Shown here: positions 43,015 through 55,804 of the stretch, in pieces | Position numbering within the stretch: the first letter of the stretch is position 1 | How the letters are laid out: each line of letters starts with the position of its first letter | Source of the DNA: Macrostomum lignano | Lineage: Eukaryota | Direction of reading: 5' to 3' | DNA length: 64,000 bases | NCBI GenBank assembly: GCA_002269645.1 | Contig: NIVC01003217.1 | Coordinates: 1-64,000, forward strand | The notes under the pieces: model-generated | What the model was told of the DNA's origin: nothing | The model's input: the letters and a program-made list of their open reading frames with translations, nothing else | The model's database searches: none | Position numbers and translations under genes: made by a program

Positions 43015-46000
43015 ATGCCATCGAATCGAACATTCGGTCGGCAGCAGCGAATTCAGGTAACAGAAGAGGTCAGAATTGCGGTTGCAATCGCTTTGAACCG
43101 ATTGTTACAACAGGCTAGCGGAGAGTACACGTTTCCATCGTCGTTTACCACTAATGAACGGGCCTACGTGCACAGCGAGGCGTTGGCCTTGGGATTAAAA
43201 TCCCGTTCTCGCGGTCGAGGCAATTCTCGTCGGGTAACGGTTACTAAGCGACCAGTTGAATTAGTGGAGATGCAACGTGTGACGTTCGCGCTGTCTTGGA
43301 ATTCTTGTCGAGCTGTAGCTCAGATGTCTCAGCATTGTCCGCTGACTGATAAGGAGAGAGCAGATTTAATGCCGCGAACTGACAAGTCGCAGGGACAGCT
43401 GAGGAATCTACAGTTCACTACTGGTCGACTAATGGGCATTGTGCCTCAGGTGGGTGGACTGGGATGGTCTGTGTTTAGTTCAGACTGTTTTGCTAAACAG
43501 GCACCAAAGTACACTGCAAACAATCAGATAGATTGGTTGAAGGCACTGATGATGCAGGAGACACTAAATGCAAACAGGTTGACCGGCAGACACAGGTACA
43601 AGCACTAGAGACAGGCAGATCGACCTACTGACACAGGTACAAGCACTAGAGACAGGCAGATCGACCTACTGACACAGGTACAAGCACTAGAGACAGGCAG
43701 ATCGACCTACAGACACAGGTGCAACAAGCTTTAAAGACGGTCAGGTCGAACTGCAGACAGATACAAGCACTAAAGACAGACCAGACGACCTACAGACACA
43801 AGTACAAGCACTAAAGATAGTGAGACAGATCAACTGACAGACACAGGTACAAGCACTATAAAGACAGGCAGGTTGACCGGCAGACAGGTGCAACAAGCAC
43901 TAAAGAGGTCGACCTACAGACACTCTTTGTCTTTAATGCATGTCTTTGGTACATGCACTAAAGACAGGCAGTTTGACCGGCAGACACTAAAGATTAAAAA
44001 CAAACGAACAAACAGATGCAGACTCCATAGACAAAAAAACAATATGCACATGGACTCACTGACTCAGCAACATGTCAAACTTTCCACACCGATAGATATC
44101 GTACGAGTATATCGGGCACAAAAACGAATAATGGTGGCATACTCGTATACTGTAGTGTAAACTAATAGGCGCTGACATAATTTAATGATGATAACAAGTT
44201 TTTTTTAATCCGTTGCCCATATTTAGGTGCCGCAGCCTCGCCGTCCAACTGAACTATCTAAGTCTGCTCAACAGCTGCCAGTGTGGGAGCGACGCGACGA
44301 AATTGTTAAACTAATTAACGAACGCCAGGTAGTGCTAATTAGCGGCGATCCTGGCACCGGAAAGACTACTCAGGTAATTAGGCTAGCTTTAAGCTGCTCT
44401 GATTTATTGTCGTTGACTACTGTCTACATACTACATCGTTTACTGTATCGGGTGTTTTTAATTATGGCTAATCAGACTTCTTATATACCCCATCGCTTGT
44501 CAGGTGTATTTAATTATTGCTAATTAGACTCCTTACATACCCCATCGTTTGTCAGGTGTTTTTAATTATGGCTCCTTCACTAGCCGGCTGTGTCCTGAGC
44601 GTTTTAATTATCACTACTGGCTTTCCAATACTGTTAATTAAATTAATAAGCACGCTATCTACATTTCTTCCCCCGTTTCCCAGGTGCCACAGATGATACT
44701 GGACGATTGCGCCGCCAAGGGTCGCAAATGCCGCATCGTGTGCGCCCAACCCAGACGTTTAGCCGCCGTATCCAACGCCGAACGAGTTGCCGCTGAACTA
44801 GGCGAAAAAGTTGGCGAAACAGTTGGCTTTCATATTCGCTTAGAGTCTAAAGTGTCGCCTAAGACCACTCTGCTAGCATTTTGCACCAACGGTGTTTTGC
44901 TGCGCACCTTGTCAGCTGATCCGCACCGAAGCTTCGTTCATCAAACTACTCACGTGATTATTGATGAAATACACGAACGAGATAGACTGGCCGATTTTCT
45001 ATTAGTCTGTCTACGCGATCTACTAGCGCAGCATCCTCATCTGCGCCTAATCCTGATGTCGGCTAACATGCAGACAGATTTATTTCAGTCATATTTTACT
45101 AACTGTCCGCTAGTGGCCGTACCCAATCGTACGCACCCGGTGCAGGATTTCTATTTGAATGAGGTTAGTCTGCGCTTGTTAGGCTTGTGTTCATATACTT
45201 ACGAGTACTTATGCTACTTTCAATTCAGTAGTATCCATTGTTAGTTTTTATAATTGGTGTTTTTCATTGTTGTAGGCCCGTAGTGAACGAAGCAAGGATA
45301 AGTAGAAGTAGAGGTTTTTTATAGCACTGGCTCTTAAACTTTTTCACTTGTTTGATCCGCAACTTTTATTGCCCTGTTTATATACACTACGGCGTGATAA
45401 GATGTTGGCCAAGAGCGAGAGAGATAAGGCGGTGCTGAGACCGTACAGCGAAATAGGAACAGCCAATCAGAGACAAGAGATAAGATAGAAGGGTGCCCAA
45501 TTTTATTGCCTGTGTTAATTCTTTTACCAAATAGCTAATGGGTGGGTGGGTGGGTGGCTTATGCTGGGGTTAGATAAAAATCGAATCAGCCAATCAGAGG
45601 CGAGTAATAAAATGAATGACTCGGCAGGCACAGCTGGTGGTCAAATTTATTTTGGCGCACTGGGGCTGGAGAGCTCCACGTTGCAATTTAACAAGTCTCG
45701 TCTGTCGTCCCTATATGAGGGTGCTTGGCTAAAGAAGGGGGTGGTTGATCGAGACTTATTCGCTTAAGTCAATTAAGTCTAGAGAAGAAATAACAGCAGA
45801 AGCCGCCAGCTAATTAATTCGACGCCAGCAGATTAGGATATTCAATTAAAGTTTCTTAACCTCTTTGTCTCGATTTTTCCTGGGTCATTATACGCGTAAT
45901 ATACTCTTTCTCAACAGCTTGGGCAATTCACCTTTAGCAATTTCTTTTCTTTACTCGTTACTAATTTCTTTACTTGCTACTGAATAGAATGAATATAAGT

Positions 46001-49000
46001 AGAATGGGTGGGGATGATATCACGTTTATATATACCGAATTGCCATCGCTCGCAGATTCTCGATCTAACCGGCTATCGCGGTGGATCGGCCGCTATAGCG
46101 GCTTCCAAAGCCGCCGCAGCGGCCACAGCTGCAGTTGCTGAAGTGGCTTTGCAGCGTTGGTGCGGTAGTGACCAACTAGACGAAGTTGAAAAGGACAGGA
46201 ATAACGACGAAGTTGATTTCGTTCCCAATTCGTCGTTAGATTCGGTTGCTAATAGCAACGCCGATTCCGACCAGGACTCCTCGGCTGCAGTTGTTTCTGC
46301 GGCTGCCGCAGAATTCGACTCGCTGCTCAGTCAGGCCTGGACAATGAACAGTCGCGAAGCTTTGGATAGCGCAATTTCGCTAATTCGCTCCGGTCTGGTG
46401 CCAGTTGACCGGGCGCATTCCGACACTGGCGCCACCGCTCTGATGGTCGGCGCCGGGCGCGGTTTTATCGGCTGTCTGGACGCGCTGCTGACCTGCCTGA
46501 GAGCTGATCCGTTGGTTCGTGCACCCAACGGTTGGTGCGCCATCGATTGGGCCGATAAGTTCAACCAGGAGAAGGCTGGAGCTCTGATTCGAGCGCACAC
46601 GGCTGCCACGGTCACTGATGCGGACGATTGCAAAGTTGATTGCGAGCTGGTTGTTAAACTCTTGCAGGTTTGTTTTTTTAATGTTTTCTTTGATATTCAT
46701 TTGAATCTCTTCTTCCGAGGTCCTTTTTGGTTGGAATGCTTCCTTCCGAGGTCCTTTTTCGGAAGGCTTCCTTCCGTGGTCCTTTTTTCGGAAGGCTTCC
46801 TTCCGAGGTCCTTTTTCTGAAAACTTTCTTCCTTGGTCCTTTATTCTGAATACTTTCTTCCGAGGTCCTTTTTTCTGAAAACTTTCTTCCGTGGTCATTT
46901 TTTCTGAAAACTTTCTTCCGTAGTCCTTTTTGGTTTGAATGGCTCTTCCTTCAGAGGTCATTTTTCTACATAGTTCGGAAACTCGAGGATTCTATCCAGA
47001 ATCCTTTGCTGTCGTCCTTCCAAATTATTTAGATTCGAAAATCTGCATTGCTTGTTTTTCCATTTGCTCTACTTACAGTAGCAACCAACAAACGCATTTT
47101 TTCGTTAAATTTAATCAGGCCATTCACCAGACCTATCCGATGCAACCAGACAAGCGAAGCGGCGCAGTGCTAATCTTTGTGCCCGGATTCGAGGACATCA
47201 TGTCACTCTATCAGATGATTCGTCAGTCTGCGCTGCCGTTCGCTCGAGTTGCTATGCTATTCGTGCTGCACTCCCAGCTGCGATTAGACGATCAGAAAGC
47301 GGTGCGATTTTGCTGAGTTTGTTGTGCTTTCTATTCGCCGCAACGGTACTTAGTACCACTATTGAGCAATCCATCACTGCCTGACCTTTGAGCAATCCCC
47401 TCATCGCAGGTGTTCCGCCCGACGCCCCCAGATCGCCGCAAAATCATCCTAGCCACAAACATCGCAGAGACCTCCCTAACAATAGACGATGTCAGCTTTG
47501 TAATCGACACCGGCTTAGCTAAAGAGAAATGGCTCGACGCTGGCACCGGCATTGTGACCTTCCAATGCGCCTGGATTGCCCAGAGCAGCGCCAATCAACG
47601 CCGCGGTCGTTGCGGTCGCTGCGGCCCGGGCATCTGCTTTCGTCTGTACACCAGACAGCGGTTCGCTTCGCTTCAGCCCTACCCTCTGCCCGAGATTAGT
47701 CGCTACCCGTTAGAGGAGCTCTGCTTGCAGAGTCGACTGTTGGTACCTTCACCAGATAGTGTGCTAACTACTACTGCTGCTTCTGCTGCTACTAACAGTA
47801 GCGTAGCCGGCGTTACTATTGCCGATTTTCTCGGAAAAACATTGGAGCCGCCGCCGATTGAAAATATTCGCGCGTCCGTGGCCCTGCTGAAAGAGATGGA
47901 CGCGCTGGATGCGTTTGAGGTCTCTTGTTCTACTCTTGTTCTATTCTCTGCCCTACTCTTGTTCTATTCTCTGCCCTACTCTTGTTCTATCTTTACTCTA
48001 CTCTTGTTCTATTTTTACTCTACTCTTGTTCTATCTTTACTCTACTCTTGTTCTATCTTTACTCTACTCTTGTTCTATCTCTACCCTACTCTTGTTCTAT
48101 CTTTACTCTACTCTTGTTCTATTTTTACTCTACTCTTGTTCTATCTTTACTCTACTCTTGTTCTATCTCTACCCTACTCTTGTTCTATCTTTACTCTACT
48201 CTTGTTCTATTTTTACTCTACTCTTGTTCTATCTCTTACTCTACTCTTGTTCTATCTTTACTCTACTCTTGTTCTATCTTTACTCTACTCTTGTTCTATC
48301 TCTACCCTACTCTTGTTCTATCTCTACCCTACTCTTGTTCTATCTCTACCCTACTCTTGTTCTATCTCTACCCTACTCTTGTTCTATCTCTACCCTACTC
48401 TTGTTCTATCTCTACCCTACTCTTGTTCTATCTCTACCCTACTCTTGTTCTATCTCTACCCTACTCTTGTTCTATCTCTACCCTACTCTTGTTCTATCTC
48501 TACCCTACTCTTGTTCTATCTTTACCCTACTCTTGTTCTATCTCTTACTCTACTCTTGTTCTATCTCTTACTCTACTCTTGTTCTATCTTTACTCTACTC
48601 TTGTTCTATCTTTACCCTACTCTTGTTCTATCTTTACTCTACTCTTGTTCTATCTTTACTCTACTCTTGTTCTATCTCTTACTCTACTCTTGTTCTATCT
48701 CTACCCTACTCTTGTTCTATCTTTACCCTACTGTTCTATTTAGTGTATAAAAGTAGTGTATACAGCTCCTGAATTAAAAGCAGTCACTCTCACTGCCTCT
48801 AATCTCTCCCATCAGGACCTAACCGAACTCGGTTTGCACCTGTGCGACTTGCCAATCGAGCCTCGTCTAGCTAAAATGGTTCTAGTCAGCGTTATACTCA
48901 AATGCATCGATCCCGTGCTCACCATAGCCGCTATATTATCCTACCGCGAGCCATTCGTGATCCCATCTGAGCCGGGCAAACGCTCGGCCTCTGTGGCAGC

Positions 49001-52000
49001 CAGACGCAAATTTAGCGTCGATACCTACAGCGATCACATGTCGTTATTAAGAGCGTTTCAACAATGGCAGCGTGCTAGAAGCGAAGGCTGGGAGTCCAGC
49101 TTCTGCGAGCGGAATTACATTTCTGGCGCGGCGTTTGAAATGATTCTGGGCATCCGGAGTCAACTGTTGGGCCAGTTGAGGGCTAGCGCTTTTGTTAAAA
49201 CTAAAGGCTCCGGGGATGTGCGAGATTTGAATACTAATTCTGAGAACTGGGCTGTAGTTAAAGCTGCTCTGGTGGCTGGCAGTTATCCCAATTTGGCTAA
49301 GGTAAGGGCTGAGTTTGGGTCATGTTTGCGTCATGGCAGGTTTGGGTCATGTTTGGGTCATTGTAGGTTCGGGTCATGTTTGGGTCATTGTAGGTTTGGG
49401 TCATCTTTGGGTCATTGTAGGTTTGGATCATGTTTAGGTCATTGCAGGTTTGGGTCATCTTTGGGTCATTGTAGGTTTGGGTCATGTTTGGGTCATTGTA
49501 GGTTTAGGTCATGTTTGGGTCATTGCAGGTTTGGGTCATTGTAGGTTTGGGTCATGTTTGGGTCATGTTTGGGTCATTGTAGGTTCGGGTCATGTTTGGG
49601 TCATTGTAGGTTTGGATCATGTTTAGGTCATTGCAGGTTTGGGTCATGTTTAGATCATTGTAGGTTTGGGTCATGTTTAAATCATTGTAGGTTCGGGTCA
49701 TGTTTGGGTCATGTTTGGGTCATTGTAGGTTGAGGTCATGTTTGGGTCATTGCAGGTTTGGGTCATTGTAGATTAGGGTCATTGTAGGTTGGGTCATTGC
49801 AGGTTTGGGTCATTGTAAGTTTGGGTCATATTTGTGTCATTGTAGGTTTAGGTCATGTTTGCATCATATTGTAGGTTGTGTCATGTTTAGGTCATTGTAG
49901 GTTTGGGTCATGTTTGGGTCATTGTAGATTAGGGTCATTGTAGGTTTGGGTCATTTTTGGGTCATTTTAGGTTTAGGTCATGTTTGCATCATTGTAGGTT
50001 TGGGTCATGTTTGGGTCATTGTAGGTTTGGGTCATGTTTAGGTCATTGTAGGTTTGGATCATGTTTGGGTCATTTTTAGGTTATTGTAGGCTTGGGTCAT
50101 GTTTAAGTCATTGTAGATTTTGGTCATGTTTAGGTCATTGTAGGTTTGGATCATGTTTGGGTCATTTTTGGGTTATTGTAGGCTTGGGTCATGTTTGGGT
50201 CATTGTAGGTTTGGGTCATTTTTGGGTCATTTTAGGTTTAGGTCATGTTTGCATCATTGTAGGTTTGGGTCATTTTTGGGTCATTGTAGGTTTGGGTCAT
50301 GTTTGGGTCATTGTAGATTTGGGTCATGTTTAGGTCATTGTAGGTTTGGATCATGTTTGGGTCATTTTTGGGTTATTGTAGGCTTGGGTCATGTTTGGGT
50401 CATTGTAGATTTTGGTCATGTTTAGGTCATTGTAGGTTTGGATCATGTTTGGGTCATTTTTGGGTTATTGTAGGCTTGGGTCATGTTTGGGTCATTGTAG
50501 GTTTAGGTCATTTTTGGGTCATTTTAGGTTTAGGTCATGTTTGCATCATTGTAGGTTTGGGTCATTTTTGGGTCATTGTAGGTTTGGGTCATGTTTGGGT
50601 CATTGTAGATTTGGGTCATGTTTAGGTCATTGTAGGTTTGGATCATGTTTGGGTCATTTTTGGGTTATTGTAGGCTTGGGTCATGTTTGGGTCATTGTAG
50701 GTTTGGGTCATGTTTGCATCATATTGTAGGTTTGGGTCATGTTTGGGTCATTGTAGATTAGGGTCATTGTAGGTTTGGGTCATTTTTGGGTCATTTTAGG
50801 TTTAGGTCATGTTTGCATCATTTTAGGTTTGGGTCATGTTTGGGTCATTGTAGGTTTGGGTCATGTTTGGGTCATTGTAGATTTGGGTCATGTTTAGGTC
50901 ATTGTAGGTTTGGATCATGTTTGGGTCATTTTTGGGTTATTGTAGGCTTGGGTCATGTTTGGGTCATTGTAGGTTTGGGTCATGTTTGGCTCATTGTAGG
51001 TTTGGGTCATTGTAGGTTTGGGTCATGTTTGGCTCATTGTAGGTTTGGGTCATTGTAGGTTTGGGTCATGTTTGGGTCATTGTAGGTTTGGGTCATGTTT
51101 GGGTCATGTTTAGGTCATTGTAGGTTAGGGTCATGTTTGCGTCATTGTAGGTTTGGGTCATGTTTGCGTCATTGTAGGTTTGGGTCATTTTTGGGTCATT
51201 GTAGGGTTGGTCATGTTTGGGTCATTTTAGGTTTGGGTCATGTTTGGGTCATTGTAGGTTTGGGTCATGTTTAGGTCATTGTAGGTTTGGATCATTTTTG
51301 GGTCATGTTTGGGTCATTGTAGGTTTGGATCATGTTTGGGTCATGTTTGGGTCATTGTAGATTAGAGTCATTGTAGATTTGGGTCATTGTAGTTTTTGGT
51401 CATTATAGATTTGGGTCATTGTAGACTCGGGTCATTGCATATTTGGGTCATTGCAGGTTTGGGTCATTTATGTACAATTCATATGTAATCAATCAGACTC
51501 ACTCTACTCTCTCATCTATTTGCTCCCAGGTGGATCGCGAGCACCGCCGGCTCTACTCTCGCACAGTCCGATGCGTCCGCTTCCATCCGCAGAGCGTGCT
51601 CAGCCCCAGCGGACCCCAGGAGACCCACGCCAGCGCTGTGGACCAGCTGCCCAGCGACTGGCTGATCTACAATGAAGCCGTGCGCACCGGCGGCGGCCGC
51701 ATCGCTCACATCCGGTGCGCCACTCTGGTCAGCCCGGCTGCCGTCCTGCTGTTCGCCGGCTCCTGCCGCCTGCCAGCAGACTATGTTGCCAAGCTGGAGA
51801 TGGCGCTGTCCACCGATCACCCGGCCGCCGCCGACTCAACTGCCTCCACGGCTGCGGGAGACTCCAACAGCGACAATGTCGATTTGAACGACGCCGCCGC
51901 TGACTCCGAAATCGACATCGGCGCCGACGCCGAACAAGGCCAAGGCGACGGAGATTTCGACGATGCCGATTTCGACGACGAAGATTTCGACGAATCAGAC

Positions 52001-54633
52001 GACGAGCCTCGGGATCAGCAAAATCCTCAGGCTAAGCAGCGGCAGCGCAGGTCGCTGGCCATGTCCGTTGATAAGTGGATTCGAGTCCGGTCCGACCGAG
52101 AGTCGCTGCGCTGCCTACTGCAGCTGCGTTTGAAGCTCAGCGCCCTGCTGCTCAGGCGGATCCGGCATCCGGCTAAGCTGCTCAGCTTTCAAGACGAAGC
52201 CGTGCTCAAAGCTCTAGTCAATGTGCTCACCTACGAGGAGCAGGCGCTCGGCCTCCGCCAGCCGGCCGGGGTTGGCGCCAAACCGCGCCAGATTGGCGCC
52301 GCCGATTCTTTGTTCCGGCCGCCGCCGGAGCTGGCGCCATCAGAAGAGGAAGACGGAGGATCCAATATGGCTGCCGCCGCTGCTGCAGTCTGCGTTGATA
52401 AACCAGCCAGTCCGCTGCCGCCGCCGCCACCTCAGCAGCAGCTGCAGCCTCGCCTACAGCAAATGTCGCTGCATCAGCACCAGAAACAGCAGCAGCAGCA
52501 GCAGCAGCAGGGCCAGTACCAGCATCAGCAGCAGGTTTGTGTAAACTGCTTATAAATCTGCATACACTAAATTAAATTTATATCATAAGCCCTGTAGATT
52601 GGTTGACTTAGCTGAGCTATTCTTGACCCACTAGCCTATTATGACCCTAACCCACTGCTATGGGTAGCTTTCCTTGACCCACACCCTGACCCAGTTGCTT
52701 TCCTTGACCCACACCCTGACCCAGCTTTCCTTGACCCACACCCTGACCCAGTTGCTTTCCTTGACCCACACCCTGACCCAGCTTTCCTTGACTCACCCTG
52801 ACCCAGCTTTCCTTGACCCACACCCTGACCCAGCTTTCCTTGACCCACACCCTCACCCAGTTGCTTTTCTTGACCCACACCCTGACCCAGCTTTCCTTGA
52901 CTCACACCCTGACCCAGCTTTCCTTGACCCACTCCCTGACCCAGTAGCTTTCGATGACCCACACCCCGACCCAGTCGTTTTCCTTGACTCATACCCTCAC
53001 CCAGTCGCTTTCCTTGATCCACACCCTGACCCAGTTGCTTTCCTTAACCCACACCCTCACCCAGTAGCTTTCGATGACCCACACCCTGACCCAGTCGCTT
53101 TCCTTGACTCATACCCTGACCCAGCAGCTTTCGATGACCCACACCCTCACCCAGTTGCTTTCCTTGACCCACACCCTCACCCAGTTGCTTTCCTTGACCC
53201 ACACCCTCACCCAGTTGCTTTCCTAGACCCACACCCTCACCCAGTTGCTTTCCTTGACCCACACCCTCACCCAGTTGCTTTCCTTGACCCACACCCTCAC
53301 CCAGTTGCTTTCCTTGACCCACACCCTCACCCAATTGCTTTCCTTGACCCACACCCTCACCCAGTTGCTTTCCTTGACCCACACCCTCACCCAGTTGCTT
53401 TCCTTGACCCACACCCTCACCCAGTTGCTTTCCTTGACCCACACCCTCACCCAATTGCTTTCCTTGACCCACACCCTCACCCAGTTGCTTTCCTTGACCC
53501 ACACCCTGACTTTTAAGCCTCTAATTGAACTGTTGAATTCACGGCCCCTTCCACTTTCACTGCAGGCGCCAAGGAAGCGCTATTTCCTACTGCCAGTAGG
53601 CAGTGCCAGCCTGTGGTCGCAGGCTCAAACTCACTGCACTCTTCCTGTACAGCCCGCTCTCGAGCGTCGCTTATCTGGCGCTCTACGCGATGCCACATCA
53701 AACTCCGTCGCCAACGCGTCGTCCTCAATGATGACTGGCGGCGGCGGCAGCGGCGGCGGCGGCAATGGTGTCTACCTCCTGCTGCTGCACACCAGACCTC
53801 GGCCAGCTGTCCCAGACGAGGACGGAGCCGCAGCCGCCAGCAGTTCGGCCTCCTCGTCTCTCCTAGGCGTGGCTCGACTAAGAAGCGTCCAAGTTGGCCA
53901 AGACGGCGGCTGTCGGGTCAGCTTCGACTGGATTCAGCGTCATCAGCAGTATCAGCATCACGAGTCCCAGCAGCAGCAGCCGTCGGCTCCTGTCGCTGAC
54001 TGCGACCTCTCTAGCGAAGCTCGAGGAGCCGAGACTGGTACAGGTATTGAACTGCCAATACCCGAGGCTGAACGGCTTCTAACTCTCTTCTGTACTAGTA
54101 ATAGTAGTACTGCTGCTAATGCTAGTAATATTACTACTAGTAGTACTACTGCTAGCTCGACCATTGGCTCCGCTTCTACCGGCTCAAGGCAGCAGCAACA
54201 GCCTCAACAACAACAATTATCTTCCTCGCGATTTGTTTCTCACCTGTCTCCATCGTTGCTTAGCAACCTTTATCAACAGCAGCAGCAGCAGCAGCAGCAA
54301 CAACAACTGAAGCAGCAGCCTGTGTGGCTGCAGACTGCTTCTGGCCAGCCGTTGCTGCTTACGGCTCCTGCTGCAGCCGCTCTTCTTCAACAGCAACAGC
54401 AACAGCAGCAGCAGCAGCATCAGCAGCAGCAATACCACGATGCCAAACTGTTTCTGGCAGCTGCCGCAGCCAATCTTCAGATGCGGGCTATGCAGCAGCC
54501 GCAGCAGCAGCAGCAGCCACTTCTTCCACCTCAGCAGCAACAGCAGCAGCAGAACGCGTTGACTTCTGCTATCGCGGCGGCTTTGCAGCAGCAGCAGCAG
54601 CAACAACAGCAACAGCAGAATCGGTTCTCCTAG
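43015..54633 (+). CDS. YTHDC2: YTHDC2-like 3'-5' RNA helicase (R3H, DExH core, ankyrin insert, HA2/OB, degenerate YTH, polyQ tail), 9 exons
   Basis: Exons 43015..43449, 44227..44373, 44684..45163, 46056..46667, 47119..47301, 47410..47919, 48816..49301, 51530..52534, 53566..54633. R3H EEVRIAVAIAL...FPSSFTTNERAYVH. Helicase motifs GDPGTGKTTQ, QPRR, DEIH, LHSQ, ATNIAETSLT and QRRGRCGR. Ankyrin GATALMVGAGRG. DLTELG, FSVDTYSDH, DVRDLNTNSENWAVVKAAL and LPSDWLIY. Confidence 0.93.
43590..43930. repeat. Minisatellite, ~41-bp unit ACACAGGTACAAGCACTAGAGACAGGCAGATCGACCTACTG (YTHDC2 intron 1)
   Basis: Direct reading. Confidence 0.9.
46705..46965. repeat. Minisatellite, ~29-bp unit TTCTTCCGAGGTCCTTTTTTCTGAAAACT (intron 4)
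   Basis: Direct reading. Confidence 0.9.
47920..48745. repeat. Pyrimidine-rich minisatellite, 22-bp unit CTACTCTTGTTCTATCTCTACC (intron 6)
   Basis: Direct reading; begins within the donor site. Confidence 0.95.
49310..51470. repeat. Minisatellite, 27-bp unit GGGTCATTGTAGGTTTGGGTCATGTTT (intron 7)
   Basis: Direct reading; ~2.1 kb. Confidence 0.96.
52615..53512. repeat. Minisatellite, ~30-bp unit CCAGTTGCTTTCCTTGACCCACACCCTCAC (intron 8)
   Basis: Direct reading. Confidence 0.95.
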
Positions 54634-54892
54634 ATTTTGTTAATTAAAACAAAATGCTACAAATAATTAAAAAATCTACTCGATTGACAAACTTGAACTA
54701 TTTGAAATCCCCAGATTATAAAAACAAAATTCCCTTGTTTTTTCTTGTTATTTTCGTTTAAATTTTCTTGTGTTAAAACCATTGTCAGCAATAATAAGTT
54801 TTTTGAGGTTTAAAACGTTTTTGTTTATTTTAACTCATACCGTTTGAGCATCTTAAGTGATTTTCTGGGCTGGCATACTGATATGTCTCCTT

Positions 54893-55275
54893 GACCTAAC
54901 GTCTGATCCAGTGGAGTGACTCCTTGACCCAATCTCTGACCCAGCGGAGTGACTCCTTGACCCAATCTCTGACCCAGCGGAGTGACTCCTTGACCCAATC
55001 TCTGACCCAGCGGAGTGACTCCTTGACCCAATCTCTGACCCAATGGAGTGACTCCTTGACCCAGCCTCTGACCCAATTGAGTGACTCCTTGACCCAACCT
55101 GTGACCCAGCGGAGTGACTCCTTGACCCAATCTCTGACCCAATGGAGTGACTCCTTGACCCAACCTCTGACCCAATGGAGTGACTCCTTGACCCAGCCTC
55201 TGACCCAATGGAGTGACTCCTTTACCCAGCCTCTGACCCTGCGTAGTGACTCCTTGACCCAGTCTCTGACCCAGT
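54893..55275. repeat. Minisatellite, 33-bp unit GAGTGACTCCTTGACCCAATCTCTGACCCAGCG
   Basis: Direct reading; shares CCTTGACCCA...CTGACCCA with the intron 8 array. Confidence 0.95.
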
Positions 55276-55804
55276 AAATTTAGGTTCGTTGTCAAATTGT
55301 TTTAAAAATAAAATAAAATCCTAAAGTACAAAACGTATTCATTGTTTTTGTTCAGCAGTCCCCGTTGCACTTTGGCAGCTTCAAGAGCTAAAGAGATCTG
55401 CAGAAAATAAAAAAGTTTCGTTTTGCATTTATTTATTTTCCGGTGTTCCTACCATGTTATTTTTCTGTAATCTGTTTTTTTATGAAGTTTTTTAGCCATT
55501 TTTTGTTTGTCTGCCTTACTGAATTTAGTTAGGGCTCATCTATCCTTTGTTCATGATTGTTGATGCTCGCTAAGTAGATCCATACATATTTCAGTCAGTG
55601 GGCCGTTCTGTGTCATTTGTCTATTTTAGGTTGTTATAATTGTTTTAAAAACATCTAAAAAAGCTTTAAAAAATACACAGTTCATTTTTTCCATAAATTG
55701 TTTTCCACTTGTTGAAAATGTTAAAATTTATCGCAATAATATCCTTCTGTTATACTGTTTTTTAAGCTTTTTGGACACGGAGATACGAAACAGGACGGAA
55801 AAAA

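Noticed and set aside
45305-45800. Possible MITE in YTHDC2 intron 3
   Set aside because: The composition looks foreign, but no convincing TIR pair or TSD was found.
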